Part shown: positions 1-11,320 of the stretch, one piece after another
How positions within the stretch are numbered: the stretch's first letter is position 1
How the letters are laid out: each line of letters begins with the position of its first letter
Origin: an uncultured Gammaproteobacteria bacterium
GTDB taxonomy: Bacteria > Pseudomonadota > Gammaproteobacteria > Xanthomonadales > Xanthomonadaceae
Reading direction: 5' to 3'
Length of the DNA stretch: 64,000 bases
NCBI GenBank assembly: GCA_963714905.1
Contig: CAVQPZ010000001.1
Span: 30,708 to 94,707, forward strand
Position numbers and translations under genes: made by a program
Notes under the pieces: generated by a model
The model's input: the letters and a program-made list of their open reading frames with translations, nothing else
Databases searched by the model: none
What the model was told of the DNA's origin: nothing

Positions 1-456
1 ACTGCACTGGCTTCACGTTGTGGCTGGATGCGCCGAGCGTGCCGTTCCTGGATGGTGCCGAGATTGACTATGAGGCCAAGGCCACTGGCGGACAGTTGCA
101 GATCCGCGCGCCGAAGATAAAGGGCCAGGTGCCAGGTGTGAATGCTTCGCTGGTAGAACGGGTGCGCTGGACGATCGAGCACGACATCAATCCGCAACTG
201 GCGCAGCATCGGTGGCAGCGTGAGCCTGCAGGAAATCACCGCCGATGGCGTCGTCGTGCTGAGTTTTGGTGGCGGATGCCACGGCTGCGGCATGGCCGAC
301 GTCACGCTGAAGCAGGGCATCGAGAAAACCCTGCTGGACAAAGTCCCGGGGGTGACCGCAGTACGCGATGCCACCGACCATGCCAGCGGTGATGCGCCGT
401 ACATGACACGCGACAGTGCGGCAGGTGAATCCGTCATGCCGCTACGTGCTGACTGA
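1..456 (+). CDS. nfuA: Fe-S biogenesis protein NfuA (5' partial, one frameshift near 205)
   Basis: ORFs 18..392 and 220..456 join to give ...[18 protein letters not shown]...[20 protein letters not shown], the NifU-type CxxC domain. Confidence 0.9.
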
Positions 457-471
457 GCGGACTTCCCGCGC

Positions 472-2206
472 GTGACGACCTCTGCTGACGTCATCGCTGC
501 GATCAACCAGCGACGCACGCGGCTGACGATTCGCCCCGATACATCAGGCACGGCACCCGGCTCGCTGCCCGCCGGATGGCAGCAGTGGCTGGATGCGATG
601 CCGATCGTGGATGCGCACGCGGAGGGCTCGCCGGCGCCTGCTCTTGTGGAGGCGATGGCACAACGTCCCTTGCGGCCGATTCCACGCAGCCCGTCGCCGT
701 TGGGCCGTGCGCGCTCGTTCGCCAGCCTGCTGCAACAGCAATGGCAACCGGACCTGCGGGATGAACGCACGATGCGCATCGGTGCGGGTGCGATCGACAT
801 CCTCCTGCATGTGATCCTGATCGGTCTGTTCCTGTGGCTGATGTACCTGCGCTTCACGATGCCGCCTCCTCCGGTGGAGGATGGCGATGAGGTCGTCCAG
901 GTCGAGTTCATCGGGCGCGGCAACATCGCCGAAGGTGGTGGTGCGCTGGCCAATGCCGGTGCCGAATCCGGACCCGCGGCGGCCGCGGCCATGACCCGTG
1001 CAGCGACACGGGCGCCCGCGACGGGCAGGCCGGATGCGCCAAGCCCGTCCATCCCGGTAGCGCAACCGCCGCAGGTGAGTGCCAGCAGCGAGGCACCTCA
1101 ACGTGTCCGTGAGCTGTCCGCCGCCGGCAGCAATGGACGCGGCGCAACCTTTGCAGGTCAGCGAAGTGCGCGAGCCCGCACCGCAGTCCTACCAGTTGCC
1201 TGCGCCGAACGTGCGTGAACTGCAGTTGCCTCGGATCCAGCTGCGCGAGGCCGAGACCGCACAACAGGTGGAAGCCATTGTCACGCTGCAAAAGCAGCCG
1301 GTACGCACGCTCAAGCCGCGTGAAGTCCAGGCCACCGTGCGTGCACCACAGTTGCAACAACAGGTGCAGGACATCGAGGTGCCCGAACCACGGCGCCTGG
1401 AGCCGTTGCCTGCGCGTGCATTGCCGACCCAGGCCAACCGCAGCGTGCAGGTGCCGCAGGTGCGTGGGGAGATTGCCGACATTCCGATGCCGCCGGGTGG
1501 CGCCCCCACGCCTTCCACGCTGGCCGGAAACGGGGTGGCTCAACAGGCCAGCAAGGGCGCCGGGGCTGGGGGTGAGCGTGGCAATGCACCCGTGGCGGGA
1601 AATACACCCGCTGGCAACGGGCAGGGTGCGCAAGTGGCGGTGCAGGGTGGGCGTGGCGTGGCCTCGGCAGGCACTGGCGCGGGGCCAGGCAGCAAGCCTG
1701 CGCCGGGCGGATGGCCGGGTGCGGCGAAGAGCGACGATTGGGGCGCATCCACTCGCAATGTGCCCGGCACCGGCACAGGCGATGGAGCCGGCAATGGCAA
1801 GGGCCGCAAGGGCGATGGCAAGTCCGGTCTGTTCAACGCCGATGGCAGCCCGCGTCTGTCGGACACATGGACCGAGCAAAGCGGGATCAACGTTGACCGT
1901 GCCGGAACCTGGTTGAAGCGCCCGGGGATGGAATACCGCGGCACCCGTTTCGACCGCTACTGGATTCCCCAGGGCTCACTGCTGGAGGAATGGGTCCGAA
2001 AGGGCATCAAACAGGTGTCGATCCCGATTCCCGGGACCAGCAGGCGCCTGCAATGCGTGATTTCGCTGCTGCAGCTGGGCGGGGGTTGCCTGCCGGTCGA
2101 TCCTGATGTCAACGAACAGCCCGCGCGCGCGCGGCCACCACCGGATATTCCATTCAAGCCCGAGCTGCAGGAAGACAACGGCAGCGTGAAACCGTCAGAT
2201 CCGTAA
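472..2206 (+). CDS. Membrane-anchored Pro/Gly-rich protein with TonB-like architecture, function unknown; frameshift near 1100-1130
   Basis: One TM helix (ILLHVILIGLFLWLMYL), VQVEFIG motif, long P/Q/A/G-rich linker and compact C-terminal domain; ORFs 472..1218 and 1079..2206. Confidence 0.6.
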
Positions 2207-2276
2207 GGGCATGTCGCATTCGCACCCGCGATGATGCTGGCTGCTCGTGAGCGTGATCCGGTGGCTGGGAAGCAAT

Positions 2277-2303
2277 GAAAAGGGGCCTTGCGGCCCCTTG
2301 TTG
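2277..2303. terminator. Intrinsic terminator between convergent genes
   Basis: AAAAGGGGCC-TTGC-GGCCCCTTGTT hairpin; A-run gives a U-tail on the minus strand. Confidence 0.75.
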
Positions 2304-2322
2304 ATTGCATCGCCAGTCGCGC

Positions 2323-2790
2323 TCAGTTGGCGTTGTGCAAGTCGCGCAGCTCAGTATGGACACTGCCGAAGTAGGCGCCCAGGTCGGCGATCTGCTGGTC
2401 GGTCAGATCCTTGGTTTGACTGGCCATCAGGTCCGTGGTGGGGCTGCCGCTGCGGTTGCCGGAACGGTAGGCCTGCAGCGAGTGCTCGATGTAGTCGTGG
2501 TACTGGCCACCGAGTTTCGGATAGCTGGCGTCGATGGGCGCATTGCCTTCGGCGCCGTGGCAATCCACGCAGGCCTGGCCAGACGCGCCCTTGGCAGTCG
2601 CCAGTGCCTTGCCGGTGGCGATATCGCCCTTCGGGAGGCCCGCGGAAGACGAGGCAGGCGTGGCCTCGGCACCATGGCCTTCCGCTGCGCTCTGTGTGCT
2701 GCCACAGGCGGCAAGCGCCAGTGAGCAAGCGATGGCGAGCAGGATGGCGGGCGTCTTGGTCGTGGTCTTTTTCGTCATGGCGCTGCTCAC
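2323..2790 (-). CDS. Cytochrome c (c553/c4-like), lipoprotein
   Basis: Lipobox LAAC, heme motif CVDCH, YPKLGGQ, distal Met. Confidence 0.88.
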   Translation of the reverse strand: MSSAMTKKTTTKTPAILLAIACSLALAACGSTQSAAEGHGAEATPASSSAGLPKGDIATGKALATAKGASGQACVDCHGAEGNAPIDASYPKLGGQYHDYIEHSLQAYRSGNRSGSPTTDLMASQTKDLTDQQIADLGAYFGSVHTELRDLHNAN

Positions 2791-3221
2791 TTGATACTGG
2801 ACAGGTAGGCGGCGATGTCGGCGATGTCCTGCTCCGAGAAGCTCTCCGCCTGCGCCTGCATGGTCGGGTGCTTGCGCTTGCCCTGGCGATATTCATTCAA
2901 GGCATTGTGCAGGTAGACCCGCGATTGACCCCCGAGCTTGGGTACGTGGTAGGTCGGGTATGCATTCTTGTACCCCGTCACGCCATGGCAACCGCGGCAG
3001 GTGTAAGTCAGGCCCTTGCCGCGGGAGGCTTCGCCAGCCAGTGCTGCGGGCGCCACCGGTGCCGGCGCGGCGGGAACTGCGTCAGCGCCTGGCGCAGGCT
3101 GAACCTGCGCAGGGGCGGCAGTCGCAGCTTCGGTTGTCGGGGCTGCAGCGTCCTGGGCGATGGCGGTGGACGTGGCAATGACCAAGGCAAGTGAGGCAGC
3201 GATCGAGGACATTCGCATCAT
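2787..3221 (-). CDS. Cytochrome c (c553/c4-like), periplasmic
   Basis: Signal peptide, CRGCH, VPKLGGQ, RKHPTM; overlaps the next gene by 4 nt. Confidence 0.88.
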   Translation of the reverse strand: MMRMSSIAASLALVIATSTAIAQDAAAPTTEAATAAPAQVQPAPGADAVPAAPAPVAPAALAGEASRGKGLTYTCRGCHGVTGYKNAYPTYHVPKLGGQSRVYLHNALNEYRQGKRKHPTMQAQAESFSEQDIADIAAYLSSIK

Positions 3222-3455
3222 GGTGTCGTGGGTCCGGAGTCCGTGGTTCAATGGTGTGCCGCGTTCGCGACACGCAATCCGGCAAGTATAGCGATATGTC
3301 GCAAGTGCTCGCAGGGGCGTGTTCTTGGCGCTTCCCTGGATCCCCCGCATCTTTCGCGTGCTTGTTCCGTAAGCGCATGACCATGACCTTCGGCGCATGC
3401 AAACAGGGGATGGCTAGGTGAGATACTTGACTACAACACCAATCAGGCTTTTCCC

Positions 3456-4609
3456 ATGCAAGACACGATCTCGACCAACGCGACGCGTGCTGGCCGCTCC
3501 TTTCACCTGATCCGCATCGGGATGCTCGCGCTGGTGCTGGCGCTTGCCGCATGCAAGGGCGGCGGCACCGGCATGGACAAGGATGGCAAGAATGCGGCCG
3601 GCAATGACCCCGAAGCCGTTCCGGTCGAAGTCGCCAAGGCCAGCCGCCGTTCGATTGCGGCCAGCTACAGTGGCACTGCGGCACTGGAAGCTCGTGGCGA
3701 GGCGCAGGTGGTGGCCAAGACGTCTGGCCTTGCCTTGCAAGTCTTCGCGGAAGTCGGCCAGCATGTAAATGAGGGCCAGGCACTGGTGCGGATCGATGCC
3801 GATCGCGCCACCCTGCAAGTCGCGCAGAGCGATGCCCAGGTGAGGAAATTGCAGGCCAACTTCGCGCGCGCGCAGCAATTGGCCAGCCAGAAGATGGTCA
3901 GTGCGAACGACCTCGACCAGTTGCGCTACGACCTTGAGAACGCGCGTGCGTCAAACCGCCTGGCGCGCCTGGAACTGTCCTACACGACAGTGAAGGCGCC
4001 GATTTCCGGCGTGATTGCGGAGCGCTCGATCAAGCCGGGCAACCTGGTGCAGATCAACACGCCGCTCATGCGCATCGTCGACAACTCGCGCCTGGAAGCC
4101 ACGCTCAACGCGCCCGAGCGCGAGATCGAAACGCTGAAGACCGGACAGGCGGTGCAGCTCATCGTGGACGCGTTGCCGGGCAGGACCTTCGAAGGCCGCA
4201 TCGATCGGGTCTCGCCGGTGGTCGACTCGGGCAGCGGCACCTTCCGCGTGGTATGTGCGTTCGAAGGTGGCGACCTGCTGCAGCCCGGGCATGTTCGCCC
4301 GCATCCGGATCAACTATGACCAGCGCGCCAATGCGTTGGTGATCCCGCGCAACGCATTGCTGGAAGACGGCAGCGAGCCTGCGGTGTTCACCGTGCGCGC
4401 GGCGAAGGCGAGCCGGGTGGCGCTCAAGCTGGGCAGCATCGACGGTGAATGGGTGGAAGTCCTGGGCGGCCTGGAGGAAGGCGAGCCGGTGGTCGTGGCT
4501 GGCAAGTCCGCATTGCGCGAAGGCAGCGTGGTGCAGGTGATCACGCCGGGCACGGCGCCGGCGCAGGAAGGATACGGCCACTGCAGCACCGGCCAAGGCC
4601 GCGCAATGA
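3456..4609 (+). CDS. RND efflux periplasmic adaptor (MFP), frameshifts near 4290 and 4560
   Basis: Lipobox LAAC, VKAPISGVI, LQPG/MFAR motif split across frames; ends ATGA overlapping the permease start. Confidence 0.88.
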
Positions 4610-7600
4610 GTTCGCCCGACATGCATGATCCAGTCGGCGCGCACGATCCGTTGCGTGCACCGGCCGGTTTCAGCCTGGTCGAGTTCTCGACCCGCAGGCG
4701 CGTCACCGTCGCGATGATGACCCTGACCCTGGTGCTGTTCGGCTTGATCGGGCTGTCCAGCCTGAAGGTCAACCTGCTGCCGGACCTGAGCTATCCCACG
4801 CTGACGGTACGCACTGATTACATCGGCGCCGCGCCGACTGAAGTCGAGACCCTGATCAGCGAACCGGCGGAGGAAGCGCTCGGCGTGGTCAAGGGCTTGC
4901 GCAAGCTGAAGTCGATCTCGCGTACCGGCCAGTCCGATGTGGTGCTGGAATTCGCCTGGGGCACCGACATGGACCAGGCCAGCCTGGACGTGCGCGACAA
5001 GATGGAAGCGCTGCAATTCCCGCTGGAAGCTTCGCCGCCAGTGCTGTTGCGCTTCAATCCTTCGACCCAGCCGATCATGCGGTTGGCGCTGTCGCCGAAG
5101 ACCGCTGGTGGCGATGCCGAGGCGATCCGCCAGTTGATGGAGTTGCGCCGCTTCGCCGATGACGACCTCAAGCGCAAGCTTGAAACGGTCGATGGCGTGG
5201 CCGCAGTCAAGGTGGGTGGTGGCCTTGAGGACGAGATCCAGGTCGACATCGACCAGCGCAAGCTCGCCCAGCTCGGCCTGAGCCTGGACAACGTGGTGCA
5301 GCGCCTGCAGCAGGAAAACATCAATGTCTCCGGCGGGCGTCTGGAAGAAGGTTCACAGCGTTATCTGGTGCGCACCGTCAACCAGTTCGCCACGGTCGAT
5401 GAAATCGCCAACATGCTGCTGACCACGCGTGCGGCGGCCGCCAGCAACAGCGGTTCCGACCAGGCCATGCGGGTCGCCGCGGCCAGCGGCGATGCCAGCG
5501 TGATGGCGGCCTTGTCGCAGCAAAGCAGCGGCAGCAGCAACAGCGCCGCGGCCGGCGGCATGGCGCTGCGGTTGCGGGACGTGGCCGAGGTACGCCAAGG
5601 CTACAAGGAGCGCGAAGCGATCATCCGCATCGACGGCCGCGAAGCGGTCGAGATGGCGATCTACAAGGAAGGCGATGCCAACACCGTCTCCACCGCGGAT
5701 GCGCTGGAAATCAAGCTCAAGGACATCCGCGAGAAGCTGCCAGCCGACATCGAAGTCACCACGATTGAAGACCAGTCGGTATTCATCCGCAACGCGATTC
5801 GCGATGTGAAGGTGGATGGGGTGATCGGTGGCCTGCTGTCGATCCTGATCATCTTCCTGTTCCTGCGCGATGGCTGGAGCACGTTCGTCATTGGTCTGTC
5901 GTTGCCGGTATCGATCATCGCGACGTTCTTCTTCATGGATCGGTTGGGGCTGAGCCTCAACGTGATGTCACTGGGTGGGTTGGCGCTGGCCACCGGCCTG
6001 GTGGTGGACGACTCGATCGTGGTGCTGGAATCGATCGCCAAGGCGCGCGAACGCGGGCTCGGCATCCTGGATGCCGCGATTGCCGGCACGCGTGAGGTCA
6101 GCATGGCGGTAGTGGCCTCGACCCTGACCACGATCGCGGTGTTCCTGCCGCTGGTGTTCGTGCAGGGCATCGCGGGGCAGTTGTTCCGCGACCAGGCGTT
6201 GACGGTGGCGATTGCCATCGCGGTGTCGCTGGTGGTGGCGATGACCCTGATCCCGATGCTCAGTGCGCTGAAAGGCCGGCCGCCGCTGGGCTTCCCGGAA
6301 GAACCTGCGCATGCGCGCTGGACGCCCGAGCGCCGCTGGCAGAAGCCGGTCGCCCTCGGCGGTCGCGGCATCGGTGCGCTTCTCCGCGGCATCTTTTTCT
6401 GGACTGCCTGGGCCATCGTGCGCGGCATGGCAGGGCGATCGCAGCGGTTGTCGGCCCGGTGATGCGCAAGGCCAGCGACATCGCGATGTCGCCTTACCAT
6501 CGCGCCGAGCGCGGTTACCTGCGGATGCTGCCCAACGCACTGGCGCGCCCGGTGCCGGTGCTGGCAGTCGCCGCGATCGCATTCGCGGCTGACCATGGCC
6601 GCGGTGCCGTTGCTGGGCGCGGACCTGATCCCGCAGTTCGCGCAGGATCGTTTCGAGATGACCGCCAAGCTGCCGCCGGGCACGCCGCTCGCGAAGACCG
6701 ATGCGCTGGTCCGTGCCGTGCAGGCAGGCCACGCCAGGGATCGAGGCGTGCGCTTGCTCTACGGCGTGTCGGGCACTGGCACGCGACTGGATGCCAGTCC
6801 GACCGAAAGCGGCGAAAACATCGGCAAGCTGTCGGTGGTGATGACCAGCAACGATGCCGAAGTGCCGCTCACTGAAGCCCTGCGCAAGACCATGCAGGCG
6901 TACCCGGGCGCACAGGTCGACTTCGCACGTCCCGAGTTGTTCAGCCTGTCGCCGCCGCTGGAAATCGAAGTGGAGGGCACTGACCTGGAGTCGATCCGCG
7001 ACGCCGGCAATCGCCTCGCCAAACTGCTGCGCGGCAATGCGCACTACGCCGACGTGAAATCGACGGTGGAGCAGGGCTTCCCCGAGGTCCAGATCGTGTT
7101 CGACCAGGAGCGCGCGGCGGCACTGGGGCTGACCACCCGGCAGATCGCCGACGTGGTGGTCAACAAGGTGCGCGGCAACGTGGCCACCCGTTACAGCTTC
7201 CGCGATCGCAAGATCGACGTGCTGGTGCGCGCGCAGGAATCCGACCGCGCATCGCTGGATGACATCCGTCGCCTGATCGTCAATCCGGGCCGTGGCGCGC
7301 CGGTGGAACTGGCGTCGGTCGCCGATGTGGTCTCGACCACCGGCCCCAGCGAGATCCACCGCGCCGACCAGCGCAGGGTGGCGATCGTCTCCGCCAACCT
7401 GCGTGATATCGACCTTGGCAATGCGATTCGCGAGGTCGAATCGATGGTGGCCGACGACGCCACTCGGCACCGATATCGACATGCATATCGGTGGTCAGGG
7501 CCAGGAACTCGACGAATCGATCCGCTCGTTGCTGTTCGCGTTCGGCCTCGCGATCTTCCTGGTCTATCTGGTGATGGCCTCGCAGTTCGAATCGTTGCTG

Positions 7601-8136
7601 CATCCGTTCGTGATCCTGTTCACCATCCCGCTGGCGCTGGTCGGCGCGGTGGCCGCGTTGCTGCTGACCGCGTTCGCCGTGCGTCGGTGGTCGTCTTCAT
7701 CGGGCTGATTCTGCTGGTCGGGCTGGTGGTGAAGAACGCGATCATCCTGATCGACAAGGTCAATCAGCTGCGCGAGCTGGGCGTGGCCAAGCGCACCGCG
7801 TTGGTGGAAGGTGCGCGCTCGCGCCTGCGGCCCATTGTCATGACCACGATGACCGCGTTGTTCGGCTTCATGCCGCTGGCGCTGGCGTTTGGCGAAGGCT
7901 CGGAAGTGCGCTCGCCGATGGCCATTACCGTGATCGGCGGATTGCTGGTTTCGACGATGCTGACCTTGCTGGTGATTCCGATCGTCTACGACTTGCTGGA
8001 TCGCAAGCCGGATGAGTTCTATGCGGAGCGCGGGCGTCGTGCGCACTCGGATTCCGAAGCATTGGCCAACGTCCTGTCCCATGAACATGATCCATTGAAT
8101 GGTGGTCATGCAGCGCCCGGGCCAGGCGGGGCTTGA
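4606..8136 (+). CDS. RND efflux permease 1 (AcrB/MdtB family), several frameshifts
   Basis: RRVTVAM, LLPDLSYP, GLVVDDSIVVLE, RLRPIVMTT; pieces in ORFs 4255..6462, 6459..6875, 6595..8136 and 7292..7708. Confidence 0.88.
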
Positions 8137-8143
8137 TTCGCCA

Positions 8144-11100
8144 ATGAACATCACCGAACTGAGCATCCGCCGCCCGGTCACCACGATCATGATCTTCGTG
8201 TCGCTGGTGGTGATCGGGTTGATTGCCGGGTTCCGCTTGCCGCTTGAGTCGCAGCCGGAAATATCGCCGCCGTTCTTCTTCGTGCAGCTGCCCTACCAGG
8301 GTTCGACGCCGGAGGAAGTGGAACGTAACCTGGTAAGGCCGGTGGAAGAAGCCATTGCCACCATGCCTGGCATCAAGTCGATGAATGCCAATGCCAGTGC
8401 CGATGGTGGTGGCGTGTTCGTGCAATTCAGCGACTGGAGCCGGGACGTGGCCATCGCGGCGTCGGAAGCACGCGAACGCATCGATGCGATCCGCGACCAG
8501 TTGCCGGACGATTTCCGCCGCTATTTCGTGCGTCGCTGGAGCACCGGCGACCAGGAAGCGATCAGCCTGCGCCTGACCAGCCAGACCGACCTCACCACCC
8601 GCGGCGAACTGATCGAACGCAGCCTGAAACAGCGGCTCGAGCGACTGCCCGGCGTGGCGCGGGTGGAAGTGGAAGGCGTGCCCATCCAGGAAATCCTGAT
8701 CGCGATCGAGCCCGACAGGTTGACGGCCAATGGCGTTGGGTTGAATGAGCTCGTGTCGCGGTTGCAGGCTTCGAATTTCTCGGTCTCGGCCGGGCAGATC
8801 ACGGATGCCGGTCGTCGCCTGCGTATCCAGCCAAAGGGCGAGCTGACCGACCTGCAGGCGCTGCGGGATCTGCCGATTTCCGGTAGTGGCACGCGCCTGT
8901 CCGACATCGCCGAAGTGATCCTGCAGCCGCAACGCATGAACTACGTGCGCCAGGTGGACGGGAAGCCCGCGGTGGGCGTGGACATCTACAAGGAACGCGC
9001 CGCAAATCTGGTCGATCTCTCCCGTGATGTCCGCAGGGAAATCGAGGACTTGCAGCAGGATCCCGCGATGCGCGGGATCAGCATCGACGTGACTCAGGAT
9101 CAGGGCCAGGAGGTCACCAGCTCCTTGCTGGCGCTGGCTGAAGCCGGCGGCATCGGCTTGCTGCTGTCGATCGCGGTGCTGTACTTCTTCCTGCGCCACT
9201 GGCCTTCGACCCTGATGGTCACAACCGCCATCCCGATCTGCTTCGTGATGACGCTGGGCTTCATGTATTTCTTCGGCATCACCCTCAACATCATGTCGAT
9301 GATGGGCTTGCTGCTGGCGGTCGGCATGCTGGTGGACAATGCGGTGGTGGTGGTCGAAAGCATCTACCAGGAGCGCGAGAAATACCCGACGCAACCGCGC
9401 CTGGCTTCGGTGATCGGCACCCGTCACGTGGCGATCGCACTCAGTGCGGGCACCCTGTGCCACTGCATCGTGTTCTTGCCGATGATGTTCGGCGAAAAGA
9501 ACATGATCACCGTGTACCTGACCCAGCTGGCAGTCACCATCTCGGTGTCGCTGCTTGCCTCGTGGCTGGTCGCGATCAGCCTGATCCCGATGCTGTCGGC
9601 GCGCATGAAGACCCCGCCAGCGGTGAAGTCGCCCTTCATTTCCGGCCTGCAAACGCGCTATGCAAGGGGACTGCGCTGGTCGCTGGACCATCGTGGCTGG
9701 AGCGTGCTTGGCATCGTGATGATCATCCTGCTCAGCATCATCCCGATGAAGCTGACCAAGGGTGATTCCGGCGACGAGCAGGACCCGGGCGAGATCGCGG
9801 TGTTCTACCAATGGAAAGGCTCCTACTCCAAGGAGGAGATGGGCAAGGAAGTCGCCAAGGTCGAGGATTTCCTCAATGCCAACCGCAAGCGTTTCCATGT
9901 CGAGCAGCTATACAGCCGCTACAGCGAACAGGGCTGGGCCCAGACCCGGATCGACATCGACATCAAGGATCCGGAGCAGACCAAGACGATCCAGGAAGAC
10001 ATGCGCAAGGGCTTGCCCAAGTCGGCACGCGCCAATATCGGCATCGGTCGCCAGGGCGGCATGGGCGGCAACGAAAAGGGCATCCAGTTCAGCCTGACCG
10101 GTGACTCCACCGAAACCCTGCAAGAGCTGGCCGGCGACATCATTCCGATCCTCTCGCGCAGCAAGAAACTGCGTGACGTGCGCGTGGACACCGGCGATAC
10201 CAACAGCGAATTGTCGGTGCGGGTCAATCGCGAGCGCGCGGCCTCGTTTGGCTTCAGCGCGCAGCAGGTGGCGCAGTTCGTCGGCCTGGCCTTGCGCGGG
10301 TCGTCATTGCGCGAATTCCATCGCGGCGAAGTCGAGATCCCGGTCAACGTGCGTTTCGCAGGTGCGGAACACTTCGGCGCGGCCGACCTGGAGTCGTTCA
10401 CGGTGCGCGCCGCCGATGGTCGCACGGTGCCGTTGCTGGCGATGGTGGATGTCACCGTGAAGCCCTCGTCGACCACGATCCAGCGCATGAACCGGCAGAC
10501 CATGCTCAAGATCGAGGGTGGCCTCGCAGGTGAAGCGACGATTGAGGAGGCCAAGAAAGAAATCGAGGACACGCTCAAGAACGTGCAGTTCCCGCCCGGC
10601 TACAGCTACACCTTCGAAGGTGGCGGGTTCGGTTTCAACCTGGATGCCCAGGAGCAGATGCTCGGCAACATCGGCATCGCCCTGATCCTGATGTTCGTGG
10701 TGATGGCCGCGGTGTTCGAATCGCTGCTGTTCCCGCTGGCGATCATGAGCTGCGTGCTGTTTTCGATCTTCGGCGTCTACTGGCTGTTCTGGCTGACCGG
10801 TACCGAATTCAACATCATGGCCATCATCGGCATCCTGGTGTTGATGGGCGTGGTGGTGAACAACGGCATCGTGATGGTCGAGCACATCAACAACCTCAGG
10901 CGACGCGGGATGAGCCGGACCGATGCGCTGGTGGAAGGCAGCCGTGAACGCCTGCGCCCGATCATGATGACGATGGGCACCGCGATCCTGGCGATGGTGC
11001 CGATTGCACTGTCGGATACCCAGATCGCCGGCGAAGGCCCTGCCTACTACCCGATGGCGCGTGCGATCGCGGGTGGGTTGGCGTTCTCGACCGTGGTCAG

Positions 11101-11227
11101 CCTGCTGTTCCTGCCGACCATCTACGCGATGCTGGATGACCTGCGCGCAGGCAGTGGCAACCTGGTCCGGCGTGCGCGCCTCAACCGGCAACAACGGCGG
11201 GAATTGCGGACGCAACACGTCGCGTAG
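8144..11227 (+). CDS. RND efflux permease 2 (AcrB/MdtC family)
   Basis: Intact ORF; SIRRPVTT, GMLVDNAVVVVE, RLRPIMMT. Confidence 0.93.
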   Translation: MNITELSIRRPVTTIMIFVSLVVIGLIAGFRLPLESQPEISPPFFFVQLPYQGSTPEEVERNLVRPVEEAIATMPGIKSMNANASADGGGVFVQFSDWSRDVAIAASEARERIDAIRDQLPDDFRRYFVRRWSTGDQEAISLRLTSQTDLTTRGELIERSLKQRLERLPGVARVEVEGVPIQEILIAIEPDRLTANGVGLNELVSRLQASNFSVSAGQITDAGRRLRIQPKGELTDLQALRDLPISGSGTRLSDIAEVILQPQRMNYVRQVDGKPAVGVDIYKERAANLVDLSRDVRREIEDLQQDPAMRGISIDVTQDQGQEVTSSLLALAEAGGIGLLLSIAVLYFFLRHWPSTLMVTTAIPICFVMTLGFMYFFGITLNIMSMMGLLLAVGMLVDNAVVVVESIYQEREKYPTQPRLASVIGTRHVAIALSAGTLCHCIVFLPMMFGEKNMITVYLTQLAVTISVSLLASWLVAISLIPMLSARMKTPPAVKSPFISGLQTRYARGLRWSLDHRGWSVLGIVMIILLSIIPMKLTKGDSGDEQDPGEIAVFYQWKGSYSKEEMGKEVAKVEDFLNANRKRFHVEQLYSRYSEQGWAQTRIDIDIKDPEQTKTIQEDMRKGLPKSARANIGIGRQGGMGGNEKGIQFSLTGDSTETLQELAGDIIPILSRSKKLRDVRVDTGDTNSELSVRVNRERAASFGFSAQQVAQFVGLALRGSSLREFHRGEVEIPVNVRFAGAEHFGAADLESFTVRAADGRTVPLLAMVDVTVKPSSTTIQRMNRQTMLKIEGGLAGEATIEEAKKEIEDTLKNVQFPPGYSYTFEGGGFGFNLDAQEQMLGNIGIALILMFVVMAAVFESLLFPLAIMSCVLFSIFGVYWLFWLTGTEFNIMAIIGILVLMGVVVNNGIVMVEHINNLRRRGMSRTDALVEGSRERLRPIMMTMGTAILAMVPIALSDTQIAGEGPAYYPMARAIAGGLAFSTVVSLLFLPTIYAMLDDLRAGSGNLVRRARLNRQQRRELRTQHVA

Positions 11228-11242
11228 TGTCTTGCATGCTTG

Positions 11243-11270
11243 GTGGGTCGAACCCGGCGGTTCGACCCAC
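11243..11270. repeat. Perfect 12-bp inverted repeat (REP-like or terminator)
   Basis: GTGGGTCGAACC-CGGC-GGTTCGACCCAC between convergent genes. Confidence 0.65.
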
Positions 11271-11320
11271 GATGTGTTCGCCCTTGAATTGGCGATGTGG
11301 TTCAGACACCAGCTTGGGCG

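Noticed and set aside
4255-6462. Apparent MFP-RND fusion ORF
   Set aside because: Produced by indels; an ATGA stop/start overlap at 4606-4609 marks the true boundary.
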